A DNA stretch of 62,911 nucleotides, the filler included, from Syncephalis fuscata S228 (lineage: Eukaryota; Fungi; Zoopagomycota): assembly GCA_025786725.1 (NCBI GenBank). It is 4 parts of 4 records of this genome, joined end to end, with 100 filler letters (N's around TTAATTAATTAA, not from the genome) between each part and the next. Parts side by side here need not be neighbours in the genome. Positions count along the whole stretch, not along the records: positions 1 to 11,416 come from JAHLTZ010000282.1; positions 11,517 to 32,733 come from JAHLTZ010000154.1; 2 more parts are not named here. The stretch is one strand, 5' to 3'. The notes beneath the pieces were generated by a model. The model searched no databases and was not told where the DNA came from. It saw only the letters and a program-made list of their open reading frames with translations. How positions within the stretch are numbered: position 1 is the first letter of the stretch; each line of letters starts with the position of its first letter. Shown piece after piece: positions 1 through 12,022 of this stretch. Both the position numbers and the translations under genes were made by a program.

Positions 1-880
1 ATAGAATATGTTTAGTATATAGTTAAATAGCATATAATGTTGCTTACAACCTATTAATACAAGTTATTAAACACGCACAGCACATAGGATATGTTTAGTA
101 TATAGTCAATTAGTATATAAACTCACTTACCAACTATTAATATAAATTATTAAACACGCACAGCACATAGAATATGTTTAGTATATAGTTGAATAACATA
201 TAATGTTGCTTACAACCTATTAATACAAGTTATTAAACACACAGAACATAAAATATGTTTAGTATATAGTCAATTAGTATATAATGTCACTTACCAGCTA
301 TTAATGTTAAATTATTAAACACACACAACACATAACACATATTTAGTATATAGTCAATTAAAATATAACGTCATTTACGAGCTATTAATACAGGTTATTA
401 AATACGCACAGCACATAGAATATGATTAGTATATAGTCGATTGATATCTAATCTCACTTACGGCCTAGCAATACAAGTTATTAAACGCACACAGTGCATA
501 GAATATATTTAGTATATATTTAAATAGCATATAATGTTACTTGCAATCTATTAATATAAATTATTAAGCACGCATAGTACATAGAGTATGATTAGTATAT
601 AGTCGATTGGTATCTAATCTCACTTACTAACTAGCAATACAAGTTATTAAACGCACACAGTGCATAGAATATGTTTAGTATATAGTTAAATAACATATAA
701 TGTTACTTACAACCTAGTAATATAAGTTATTAAACATACACAGCACATAGAGTATGATTAGTATATAATCAATTAATATATAAACTCACTTACCAACTAT
801 TAATATAAATTATTAAGCACGCACAGTACATAGTATATAATCAGTGGATGACTATTTAATATATAATGCTACTTACGATC
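1..880. repeat. Tandem repeat, ~83-bp unit, ~10.5 copies, running off the window start; on the minus strand each unit is an intron plus a 3-nt exon
   Basis: The motif ATAGAATATGTTTAGTATATAGT...CTTAC-NNN-CTA...TTATTAAACACGCACAGCAC recurs with spacings of 83,83,81,84,83,83,83,83,83,83 nt (measured between the NNN triplets). Confidence 0.95.
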
Positions 881-1348
881 TAGTAATGTCAATTTGGTAA
901 TGTAAACGTTAGTTAATTAGCTAAGTAACTAATAACTTTCATTGTGATTTACCTCCTATTGTTGCAAATCCAGTATATCGGTATTCTTAATATGGTATTT
1001 TATTTATTTAATGTTAAACTTACTTTTAGCTAATGGTGCTGATTTACCCATTACACATTAACAAGCAGTCATTAATTAGCATATCAATAAACACAAACTT
1101 CCAAGACTTACAGACTGGTTACATGCATATAACAACATAGTATAAGTGATAGAACAGCGGCCCATATTCACGACTTACCGTCTAATGTCATAATTAGTTA
1201 ACCATAATGTCAATTGACATATCAATTAATATATTTATTCTAATTGCAACATACCACGACGGATTATACTTGGCCTAGCATCCACTATGGCTGTACTGGC
1301 TACAAAAGTCACGACAAAGGTGCAGACGACGGCAATGGAAAGCTTCAT
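48..1348 (-). CDS. Micro-exon-encoded small secreted peptide precursor, 3'-incomplete: MKLSIAVVCTFVVTFVASTAIVDARPSIIRRDVSKRDLGFNCPPGFG...
   Basis: Exon 1 is 1348-1255 (ATG, signal peptide, GTATGT donor). Micro-exons follow at 1179-81, 1112-14, 1024-29, 953-55, 877-79, 794-96, 711-13, 628-30, 545-47, 462-64, 379-81, 295-97, 214-16, 131-33 and 48-50. Each is flanked by YAG and GTAAG/GTAAAT (one GCAAGT). The spliced frame is open and contains a KR site. Confidence 0.75.
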
Positions 1349-3391
1349 GGTGATATTGATTTGTTAAGAAAACAAATAGAATAAACAAAAGAGTGTTTAG
1401 TGTAAAATAGATAGTAGTAGGTATTTGGCAGAAAGTAGAGTGTGGTGATGATACCGTTAGTTAGTTGTATGTATTGTATGGGCTATTTAAGTCTATGATT
1501 ATGTTGAGGTATCAGTACGCTGTATTGTATGTTCGATACCATTGATGTACAGTGTAAACCAATAACAGCACATTCACATGGTGGCTTGATGCATACGTAT
1601 ATCAGCATATCGATGGAGTAATGTTATGCTGCCCAATCTTTACTTCAATCTGCTCAGCAATTACACAGATGACGTGGCAATGTCAATTAACCAGTACACA
1701 TGGGGTAGAAATGTACTAATTAATTTTTACAATGATGCTACACAATTTAAACCATGCGGTGCAAAACGAATCCATTGATCCTACAGAAGTAGTGATAATG
1801 TATCGCTGTGTCTTTGCTGTTGCTTTCATTAGCAATTTCAATCCCAATATCTGCGTATATTGAAAATAGCGTTTAATGCCGATACAACAACAATAATGCT
1901 GCATTGATCTTGTGCTTTTCTACAGATACATATTGTGATGCATAAACTAGTTATAGTTCATTAAGCATGAAATATACCAATTCGTTTTTTCCCATGCACT
2001 CGATTAAGCATTGTAGTTTTGATACATGAATGAACATTTTGTTTTAACGCAGCACCGTCAATTGTTGATTTAAGTATTATTGTTAACAATTGACTGTTGC
2101 ATAGCGGCATTTTCGATAATAAAGCGTTGAGCTCAAGTATGGATACCATCAATTGTTTGATTGTAAGTAGTTTAGAAATACTAAACGGTACCTACCAGGT
2201 CGTCTTAGTCGTATACAATCAATTCTGAGTGTACAGCAACAACGCACGATATATCAACCAGTGGCAACTCTAGTGTACAAATAAGTCATTTGGTAATGAT
2301 GAGAATGACTATTATAGATGCACACATCAAAATTGTACTAGGACAAACTGTAAAATCGGAATTTAGCAGTGATAAATTTATATACGCTTTTACCGGTCTA
2401 TGAACCAATGATAATATATTGCCCCAGCCTTAAAATTAAGGCTATTCATCAAAAATATCATTTTTATCATTTAATGTTGCAATTATGTGCAAATTATCAC
2501 ACAGGTAGCATGTTTTCAATATAAATACACATATGACTGACTGTCTTTTAATAAAGTATTGATCGTTGTAGCTAGTATTATTTATTGATACTTGGTTAAC
2601 TATTGTAATGATGTATTTAATAGCTAACTAATGAAACACTTCTCTAGTTGCAATCTAAATTGCAGAAATCTTTTTGATTTTAATAGTTTGTAGGCAATAA
2701 AGCATAAAGATATAAAAGACTATGAATAAGTAGATGAGTGTGCATAAATATTGGCAGTAAAGTTACAATGTACATGGCAGCAAGAATGAGTGAAATGAAT
2801 TGATACATGAAATAAATACAGTTATGAATAAACAAGCAGCTGTTGCTAATAGTGCGATCATTAGACGATATTATAACATATAATAGGATGAATATATAAT
2901 GAAACAAATTAATGAGTTAAAGTTTATAAACAATAAAATGTATTTAATATAATATAGAATGATATATAATAGTGTGGAATAGATTGAATGTCTAGTTCAA
3001 TTGCGCGAATATTATTGAATGAGCATTTGATTGCCAATATTACTGATATCACATTATTATTTTACATGACTGGAACTATAACACACTTGCTTTACCTTTC
3101 TGTTGTCTAAATCATTTCACGCTTTGTTCTGTTATCGCTCTTGCAGCCATTTTAACATATAACATAGCTGAAGAAATAACATTTGGTTTACCAATGTTTT
3201 ATTTAGCTTTTGCTTTTAATCATGTTTAATAAAATAAAAATATCGTTTTTCATTATAAATAAACTCCATAACAATAATTATACACTCATTAGATTTATAC
3301 AAGTTTAATACAACAAACGCGTAGTTGATCCTATTTGTGTAGGACCGATCCACACGACTTTATTCACTGTTAATAACATTTGAATAGACAA

Positions 3392-4370
3392 TTAGATCTT
3401 GGAGAAGTTCTCAATGTCAATGGACTGGACATAGTCCTCGAGTTCGCGGATTTGCTCCTCAAGATCGTCGGTCGAAACCTTGGCATCTTCAACAACGCAA
3501 GCAATGCGAAGCTTGTTGATACCGTAGCCAACTGGCACGAGCTTGGAAGTACCCCAGACGAGACCGTCCATGGCGATGGCACGTACACCAGCCTCCATGG
3601 CCTTAAGGTCGGTTTCATCATCCCATGGCTTGACGTCGAAGGTGATCATCGACTTGGCAATGACAACTGGCTTCTTCGATTTCTTTGCGTGGTACTCGGC
3701 CAAACGCTGCTCCTTGAGGCGTTCAGCTTCCTCATCGGCCTCTTCGTCGGAAGCGAAAAGATCAATGTCATCATCATCTTCTGCTTCAGCCTTGACGAAG
3801 GAGAAGGATGAAAGCTCCTTGGCCTCACCAGGGAGAGCACCCTGGTCTTGGGCGGCAATGTGGCGGTACCAACGGGCAGCATTAGGGAAGCTAGCAGCTG
3901 GTTCCTTGCCGAGGGCCTTGAAGACAACAACATCGGCTTGAGAGGCAGTGAAGCTAGATAGAAGTAAACAACGTAAAAAATAAACGTTAGTAGTTGTTGC
4001 TAAGACTCAACACACTGGTAGGTGTGTATGCGTGTATTTGTTTGCATATCATGTTCATAGTATGCGGCATCTTTATGGCAACACTTGTCTATTTCATAAG
4101 TAGAAAGAGACACGGGTCAGTGATTTGGATATTCACTTCCTGTACCGGGGTCTTAAGCCGGCTCAGCAACACGGACCAAATATAAAATCATCATTCCCAG
4201 TTGGTTGGCTTAGCTGGTTGATCAGCAATAGCTGTTGTCAACGAACCAGAGCCAACATGCCAGCATACGTCATGCAGGTGGGCACAGCCAACAAATACTT
4301 ACCCCTCGATGTAGGACTTGTCCTCGAGGAACTCGTTCAAAGCCTTCAATGTAGCGTCGTTGAAAGACAT
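3392..4370 (-). CDS. EFB1: Translation elongation factor 1-beta (2 exons: 4370-4303, 3953-3392)
   Basis: N-terminus [13 protein letters not shown]|FTASQADV; C-terminal [18 protein letters not shown]...[21 protein letters not shown]...[12 protein letters not shown] guanine-exchange domain. Confidence 0.97.
4114..4198 (-). ncRNA. snR18: Box C/D snoRNA, U18/snR18 (SNORD18) homologue in the EF-1beta intron
   Basis: Minus strand: GGG-A-ATGATGA (C box)...TTGGTCCGTGTT-G-CTGA (antisense element to LSU rRNA AACACGGACCAA plus D' box)...CTGA-CCC (D box and terminal stem). Yeast snR18 also sits in the EFB1 intron. Confidence 0.9.
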
Positions 4371-4572
4371 ACTGATGGGAGAGCTGGACAAGATCTGTGC
4401 AAAAAACGTATGGCAGAAAGGACAAGAAGAGAAGCGACGGGTGAGGTCAGAGTCAAAGTCGATGCCACTTTATTTTAGTGATAAAAATGAAAAATGACGG
4501 AGCAAAGTCGATTTTCCCATCAATCTGACTTGGTCCAGTTCTATTGTACAGAGGAGCAGGGGTGCTACCCTT

Positions 4573-6652
4573 TTATTCAAGCGCCTCTTCTTCTTGTCTT
4601 AGCATTTCCTCAATACGTTCTCGAGTCCGACGTTCGCGAAAAGCGCGCGCATCTATGACATATTGACGCATTAGCTGCATAGTTTTGACGTAGTATTTCT
4701 ATAAATCGTATTTAATAAATAAGCATTATTACAGTTATGACTCTATCGGCTTTTATGTTTGACTTACGTTGCGCTCTTCCTCCGATAAGGCCCGCCAGCT
4801 CTTTACCGACTGTGCATTGAAATTTATCGAGCTTTGAGTGCCAGTACGAGTGCGCAATTCTTTCAGATACAATACATAGGAGCTTGGTGGTCGGGCCGGT
4901 TGACCGGGTTCAGGTAGCCGTGCACGTCGTGATTTACCCGTGTTAAGATAATTATTTAGTCGCAACATTCGATTCATTTCTTGTATATGCGTCGCCGATA
5001 TAGTCTCATACAGTTTACTGGATTTAATAGCTCGTTTTTTCTTCAATTGATCCGACTTTTGTACATATTGCTACAATAGAATAAACCATTAAATAATCAC
5101 ACTTTTACAAATATAATAGTTGTTGCTAACCTGTTTATCCTCGTTCAACATAGCTTGCCATTTGATGCTAGCAATGCGCATAAGTTCACCTGGCTTATTT
5201 ACCACATTTGGCTTTCTATACAAATGGCGGCCTTCTGCGAGGAAAACAGAAAATGCACCTTTGGCTGCTGGTACAAATGTTACAGGCATGGCTATACACC
5301 ACTATAGTTAGCCACTATACTGATTGACATAAAGATAAGCTTACTCGTGAACGCAAGTTGTCGAGCCAATTGAGCAGTTTTATTTGTGTTAGCCATATTG
5401 GATGTATACTTGGGACGTAGCTTTTTTACAAAGTTAGTTCCTTCTTTCATGGCCATTAGATGATAAGGCGAATAGTATTTGGCATAAGACGCCGCGTGCG
5501 ATTCTAATGTAGATACATTCGAGGCAAATGCTGTATTATTTGATGTAAAGCTATTTTGCGAGAAAATATCAAACACTTTAGTCTTCTTTAGTTTTCGTTG
5601 CTGTTCAGAGTTTAATGTTAACAATTAACAACTATAAACTACTAGTTCATCATTAATATACAATTAGTCACTTACTTGACGTTTATTTGGTGTTGCAGTT
5701 TCAGTATCTGTATTAATTGGCGACTTTCGTGGCCGACCAGGTTTTCTTTTTTCCTTTGGTTGACTTGAGTCGTCTGTATCTGCACTGACTTTTTGTCTTG
5801 GTCTACGTTTCTTTATTGGCGTATCTTCGTTTGCTGGCTGTGTATCGATTGGTGTCTTTCGCGGACGACCACGCTTCTTTTTCTCCACTTCAACTGGTTT
5901 TACGTTATCTTTAACTATTTTTTTGGGACGTCTTCGTCTCTTTTTTACTAATTCATTGTATAATTGTTAATTCAAATATGCAGATTATACGCTTAATATC
6001 TTACCACGACTAACAAGTTTTCTAGGATGTCTTCTTGGCCTGCCTAACTTCTTTTGCCAAAAATCTTCACTATCCATATATAATGTCAATTCATCTTCAG
6101 TCTCTCTATTACCATCTGGTTGATGTATTTGATCATATTCAACTTTTGCGTGCCCAACATTATCATGCCCTGTATTAAAAAGTGCATTCTTAAATAATTA
6201 GAATAAAGTATATGTATATATGAATATTCATTACTAATACCAATTTTTAAATCTAATTGTTGTTTAAAAGTTTGTAATATGTGTGTTTGGTTAGCTTCAT
6301 CGATACTCGATGCTAATGTCGACGTGTGCTTTTCATTCTGTTGAATAGCAGTTGAATCTTTTTTATATACTTCTGCATCGAGTGGGACATATGACACGTA
6401 GCTATCATTCGACCATATATCTGTAGTCTTGTTTTTTGCCTCATTTAAAGGTGTAGTAGTTTTAATGACAAGATCATTATTGCTATTACTGTTATTGCCG
6501 CCATTATTGTCATTACACTGCGTTGTATACAAAGCTGTCGCAATTGCGCTTGTGTCGACAAATAACGGCCGCCCAGCTTTACTCAACAGCGGTAAAGGGT
6601 GGGCTGAGGTAAGTAAGCCAAATATAAGGATTTGGCAATAAAGCGCTGACAT
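4573..6652 (-). CDS. Multi-exon HMG-box protein with several AT-hook motifs (start uncertain)
   Basis: AT-hooks KRGRPRK, KPGRPRK, KLGRPRR; two HMG-like boxes (GAFSVFLAE...ASIKWQAMLNEDKQ; PARPPSSYVLYLKE...VKSWRALSEEERN..KYY); stop TAA at 4573. Confidence 0.7.
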
Positions 6653-7270
6653 TGCATACGAGTAAACAACATGCAAACGGCAGTAATAAAAGAAAAATAA
6701 ACAACTACGAGTTTTTTATTGCGTGTCTTACCACACATTAAAAATTAAATCATGATTACTGTGTTTATGGTTTATCGATTAACACTAACATATACATAAT
6801 AAATATAATATAATACTATTACAACTATCACTGAGGCTCTTGTTGGGTTGTTGGCTGTTTTCTAATGTTATTAGCTAACTTCCCTTCAAACTAGCTAATC
6901 TTGGTTATTCAGGTTAATCCTAGTATTATTTGTTACTAAGAAACAATTTATTATTACTATTGCTATTGTTATTGTTGTGATTTAAAAATTAGTTTATATA
7001 AAGCTTAGAAACGGTAAAGCATAAGTGTCAACAAAATGGTTAGAATTGAGGGTGGCCTTGGTGACGAAACAACCGCATACTTGTACTTATCATGTTGATT
7101 GCGGTGTTAATTCCACTTCATTTCAACGCTACAATAGATATCGATATATTTTAGTACTTTAGTTGCATGGTAGATAGCCTTTGTTTAAAACCTCTAGATT
7201 AAATTACTAGATCATTCATTCGAGTATAAACATTATTTTAAATTATATAGACTTGATATCACTGGACATT

Positions 7271-9473
7271 ATGTTTAAAAATATAGCCAGTGTTCCAAAC
7301 AAGCCACTAACTATTAGTCGCAATAATAGACCAAATGTTACTTCGTGTAAGTTATAGCCAGATAACAATACAGCATGGGTAACCGTTACTTAAAAATAAT
7401 ACATGTTAGCCACGGTAGAGCCACAGCTGCTGCACCGAAAAAGCTTGCCACTAGTCTTCAGCACCCTGTAGAATGTGGTAATTATACTGACGAACACGAT
7501 CCTATCGATAGTGCTACCTGCTTTGTTGCCAAATCAGCGCGTCGTCGTCTTCAAACAGTACAACAATGTATGTGTAAAAATAACCAATGAATTACGAATA
7601 ACACGGTAATACAGATTTCCACGGCTATTATCAAAATTTCCTGGATCAATTGAATCAACGAAATACGCGCCAGCAGCCGCATGATACAAATGTCGTCAAG
7701 GTAAATAACGTCAGTTTTTATTATTTCAACTTTTTAGTGACTTCATTTATGTAAAATAGGATCAACATAGTTGTGAACAAATAGAGAATCGCGACCCTCA
7801 AGATAAGACACAGGTGCCGCCAACTCGACAAGTGCGACTTTCCTTAAGTGATTTTCAATTGTTATCGCAAATAGGCCAAGGAGGCTATGGTCAAGTGTAT
7901 TTGGCACAGAAAACCGATACTGGCGAGATGTGTGCAGTCAAAAAGATGAATAAGCAAATGCTGCATAAATTAAATGAAGTACTTGAGTTGTTAGTACATT
8001 AATCGTTTGTTGACATATTCTTAGGTACAACATGTTTTGACGGAACGAGATGTGCTTACAACTTCTACTTCACCATGGCTGGTTAAACTTTTCTATGCTT
8101 TCCAAGACACAGAACATCTTTATTTAGCAATGGTAGTGTCATAATAATTACAATTAAATTAGCCTATCTAATTAAACGATTATTGCTGCTATTATTATCA
8201 GGAATATGTACCCGGTGGTGACCTTCGTACTTTACTTAATCACCGTGGTATTTTGCGTGTTAAAAATGCACGTTTTTATTTTGCTGAAATGGTTACCGCG
8301 GTCGATGCACTTCATCAACTTGGCTACATCCATCGTGATTTGAAGCCTGAGGTACATGCGTGTACAACTCGGTAAAAGCTTAACATACGAGTAATTGTTG
8401 TATCGTAGAATTTCCTTATTGATGCCACTGGCCATATAAAACTGACCGACTTTGGCCTGTCCAACGGTACACTAAGCCAAGCACAGATAGAAACAATTCG
8501 GGAAAAAGTAAGCTAATTCTATGTATATTATTGCTATATTTACATGTATTTGTTGCAATTAGTTTAATTCAACAAGCAACCATCTGCTTATTCGCCGTAA
8601 TTCAAAGCAAAAACGCAATCTACAACTAATGAGACGACAGAATTTATCTAGAGTATTTAACTTTAATTTAATACAGCTACAAATCTGATTATTTAATCCT
8701 TTATAGGCGTTTTCTACCGTAGGATCTCCGGACTACATGGCTCCAGAAGTGTTAACGGCTATTGGCGGCTACGATCATGTTGTTGACTACTGGTCGCTAG
8801 GCTGTGTATTATACGAATTTCTAGCTGGACACGCGCCATTTACAGGCGCCACAACCGACGAAGTATGGAACAATGTACGCCATTGGAAAAAAGTACTTGA
8901 ACGACCAAAGTTCAATAATCCATCAATAAACATTAACTTCACTGATGATGCATGGCACTTAATTACCCAGTAAGCCAATCCATCATTCAATACACTTAAT
9001 TACTTACCACTAGACATGCAAGGCTTATTACACATCGTGAGTGTCGGCTATCTTCTCTGGATAGCATTAAAAAGCACCCTTTCTTCCGAACTACCGAATG
9101 GGAAGATTTACGCTCACATAAGGTATTTGGGAAATGCCAAACAATGCAGCATCAACAACAGCTTAATGATTGGCATTAGGTTCCATTTGTTCCAAAACTA
9201 TCAGCTCCCGATGATAATACTTATTTTGACGATTTTACCAATCCGGCTGATATGGCTGCCTACAAAGATGTGCTGCAACGACAGGCGTATATCGAATCAG
9301 TCGGCGGCAATGCGGCTAATCCATCTCATATTACATTTATTGGATTTACATTTCGTCATCGGCCCACCAACAGTTTGATCCGAAGCCACATCGACTCCAC
9401 CACATATGGCATGGCCTCTTCTATGATTGTCGAGGAGGATTACGCCGAGGATGGCGACAACAAAGAGAATTAA
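7271..9473 (+). CDS. DBF2: NDR-family Ser/Thr kinase, Dbf2/Sid2-like (multi-exon)
   Basis: [60 protein letters not shown], and the C-terminal hydrophobic motif FIGFTFRHR. Confidence 0.9.
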
Positions 9474-9611
9474 GTCACAATAGATGCAGTCATGTATTGG
9501 CAATAATAGCCCAGTATTATTATTATTACTAGTATAGCTATTTTTATGGTGGCTATCATATTACTATTGCTAGAGTTTTATGCAAAACATCAATAACTCG
9601 AATAATAAATC

Positions 9612-10790
9612 ATTGATTAGTTTTTACTACTAAGAAGTGGTATTTGTTGAAGTAGTATCATATTAACTTTGATTGAATTAATCAGTGTCTTACTTAATAT
9701 GCACTATTTCCAATATTCAATATTAGTGTTAATAAAATTAAATAGTGTTTCATTTTACTTACAATAATATTACATTTAATTATGATGTTGATGCAACAAT
9801 GTTAGTTTGATTTCTTATAATAGTACGTGGTAAGAAATCAGAAGGCCTTGGTTCACCACTAGCCATTGTACTGAATATACTGTGCATGTTTCTGCTGGCA
9901 TTAACATCGCACTATTCATTCATTCATATAAATCATTGGTCTATTGCTTCATCTCTTAGAATATGATTATATTTCATTATTTCAATAATGACACCTTCTA
10001 TGACTACACCTGTCTTTAAGAAACATCAACTTTGATTGTATTTCCTATTACATTCAGTAATTTATTGGTAGTATGCTCTATAACAATGACTTTTAGTATT
10101 AAATGGCTTTAATGTTTCTACTGTATCTTGACTTCTACATTTTTTATTTATCCTTTCACCCCTTCACTTTTAAATACAATTAAACATTCACTCATTACTA
10201 TAACATGTATAATATTACATCCAACATTAGTTCATTTATGTGTAATTATCAGGATAATATGTAATTAGTTGGTTATCTTTATTATTGCTTAATATATATA
10301 TACATTGTCATTATGATATTAATTGTTCAAATGCCATTTATTTAGTCAGATTGGCTATAGGAAAAGTGATTGTTTAATAAACAATATTTATAACAATTAT
10401 ATTAATATTGATCTTACATCACAAATATGTCCAAAATACACTAGTAGAATATTAGAAAGTAGAAAAGATCATTCAAACGCAAGAATCCATGCTGTACGTA
10501 GATGCAACGACTGCGGAACGATATGAAATTGCGATCATATGACTTTTATTAATATTCGATCAATCTTTCTACGCATGAATAGCAACAACAATAATCGACC
10601 CTAAATGTTTCAATGAAATCAAATAGTATGTCACATTATTTATTTAATCAATTTATTAACAATATTTTAATAGGAAGTAATATAACTATGTTGTACATAA
10701 TAATAGCATAATTTCGATTGGAACAAATTGTGCTTTGAGGGCAGATGTGGGAGCAAAGTAAAATGCAACCATAGCCTTTTAAATAGTGTA
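9612..10790 (+). mobile_element. Degenerate Fanzor (TnpB-like)-carrying element remnant
   Basis: 10410-10610 translates as DLTSQICPKY...IHAVRRCNDCGTI*NCDHMTFINIRSIFL...NRP (RuvC-II/zinc finger/RuvC-III pattern). 9612-9800 matches 36114-36290. The 3' tail is shared with the other copies. Confidence 0.75.
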
Positions 10791-10794
10791 ACAT

Positions 10795-10950
10795 ATCATT
10801 TGATTTTCTTGAAACATCTAAGACCGATCATTGTTGGCCATGTGTAGGAAGATTAATTGAATATTAATAAAAGCCATATGCTTGATTCCATATATTCCGC
10901 AATTGTTGTTGTTGCGCTAATATATACATGCTATGTATTATTTATTTTTA
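10795..10950 (-). mobile_element. Short inverted fragment of the same Fanzor 3' region
   Basis: The reverse complement resembles 10500-10640 (GGCTTTTATTAATATTCAATTAATCTTCCTAC...ATGTTTCAAGAAAATCAAATG). Confidence 0.65.
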
Positions 10951-11416
10951 GCTTTAGCTTTTAGTACTTGTAGTTGAGTTAAATAAACTGCATCATCATG
11001 TAAAATATTGTGTCTCATTTAACATCATTATAGTATGGTTTGGGGACAAATGACTATTTTTATTAACATCCAATTTATTGAACATGATGATGAATGGTGA
11101 GTGACATCAATCATCAAATACTCATCATTATAAATTTATTATTCAGTATACATGTATAATCTATTCACCTATATCATTTCCATTCCATGATATATTAGAC
11201 ACATTTTATTGTTTACATGCTTTAATACACTTCATTCATTCCTCTCATTGCGCCATATACACTATAAACTTAACAGAGTTATTATGCTTTCTTACCATAC
11301 ATTTGTCATTTTATATACTGCTTTATTGTTTTATTGTCTACTAACTACGCACTATTTATTATAGTTGGCCTTTTGGTGCTAGCTATATTATTGGTCAATC
11401 TCAGCTTATTAAGCTT

Positions 11417-11516
11417 NNNNNNNNNNNNNNNNNNNNNNNNNNNNNNNNNNNNNNNNNNNNTTAATTAATTAANNNNNNNNNNNNNNNNNNNNNNNNNNNN
11501 NNNNNNNNNNNNNNNN
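11417..11516. other. Artificial contig linker (N44-TTAATTAATTAA-N44)
   Basis: An identical six-frame-stop spacer occurs three times in the window. Confidence 0.95.
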
Positions 11517-12022
11517 TTGCTTATTGGCTTGAGATGAAAGCATCTGATAAATCTACTAAAAATGTTGAAATGGGAAAATACGTCGCTGGCCAAAATATTC
11601 GTAGTCATCCATATTCAACTAACATGGCTACAAATCCACGGTCATTTTATGATTTAAGCAAAGACGAATGGAGTCTTGGTGTATATGATTTTGGTGAAGT
11701 TTGGGCCACAATGCTATACGAAGTTTACTGGAATCTTGCTAATAAGCTTGGATTTCAAGCAAACATATACTCCCCCGACATTACAAAAGGCAACACTCTT
11801 TTACTTCAAATTGTCATTGAGGGCCTAAAATTACAACCATGTAATCCAACTTTTGTTCAAGCTCGAAATGCCATCATTCAAGCCGAAAAGCAATTAACCG
11901 GTGGTAAGCATGCCTGCGAAATCTGGCGTGGATTTGCCAAACGAGGTCTTGGTTATAATGCTAGCACTAAGAAGGGTATTAGATATCCGGATATTAATTT
12001 ACCAAAAAACTGTAAGCCATAG
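11517..12022 (+). CDS. M36 fungalysin metalloprotease, C-terminal part (truncated by contig edge)
   Basis: The 162-aa ORF is identical to the C-terminus of the 17703-19667 protein; the downstream flank to ~12385 also matches 17340-17702 inverted. Confidence 0.85.

Noticed and set aside
1-880. CRISPR array or plain satellite interpretation of the 83-bp repeat
   Set aside because: There are no unique spacers, the context is eukaryotic and no cas genes are present. Conserved splice signals and an open spliced frame explain it better.
3380-3941. Plus-strand ORFs overlapping EF-1beta, and similar antisense ORFs over the fungalysins, ceramidase and ILV3
   Set aside because: Shadow ORFs of codon-biased genes with no recognisable motifs.
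4753-5289. HMG-box gene as a Mucorales-type sex locus (sexP/sexM)
   Set aside because: It has two boxes plus AT-hooks and introns, and lacks the flanking triose-phosphate transporter and RNA helicase genes.
11417-11516. TTAATTAATTAA palindrome within N runs (also at 32734 and 48361)
   Set aside because: Artificial six-frame-stop contig linker; gene adjacency across it cannot be trusted.
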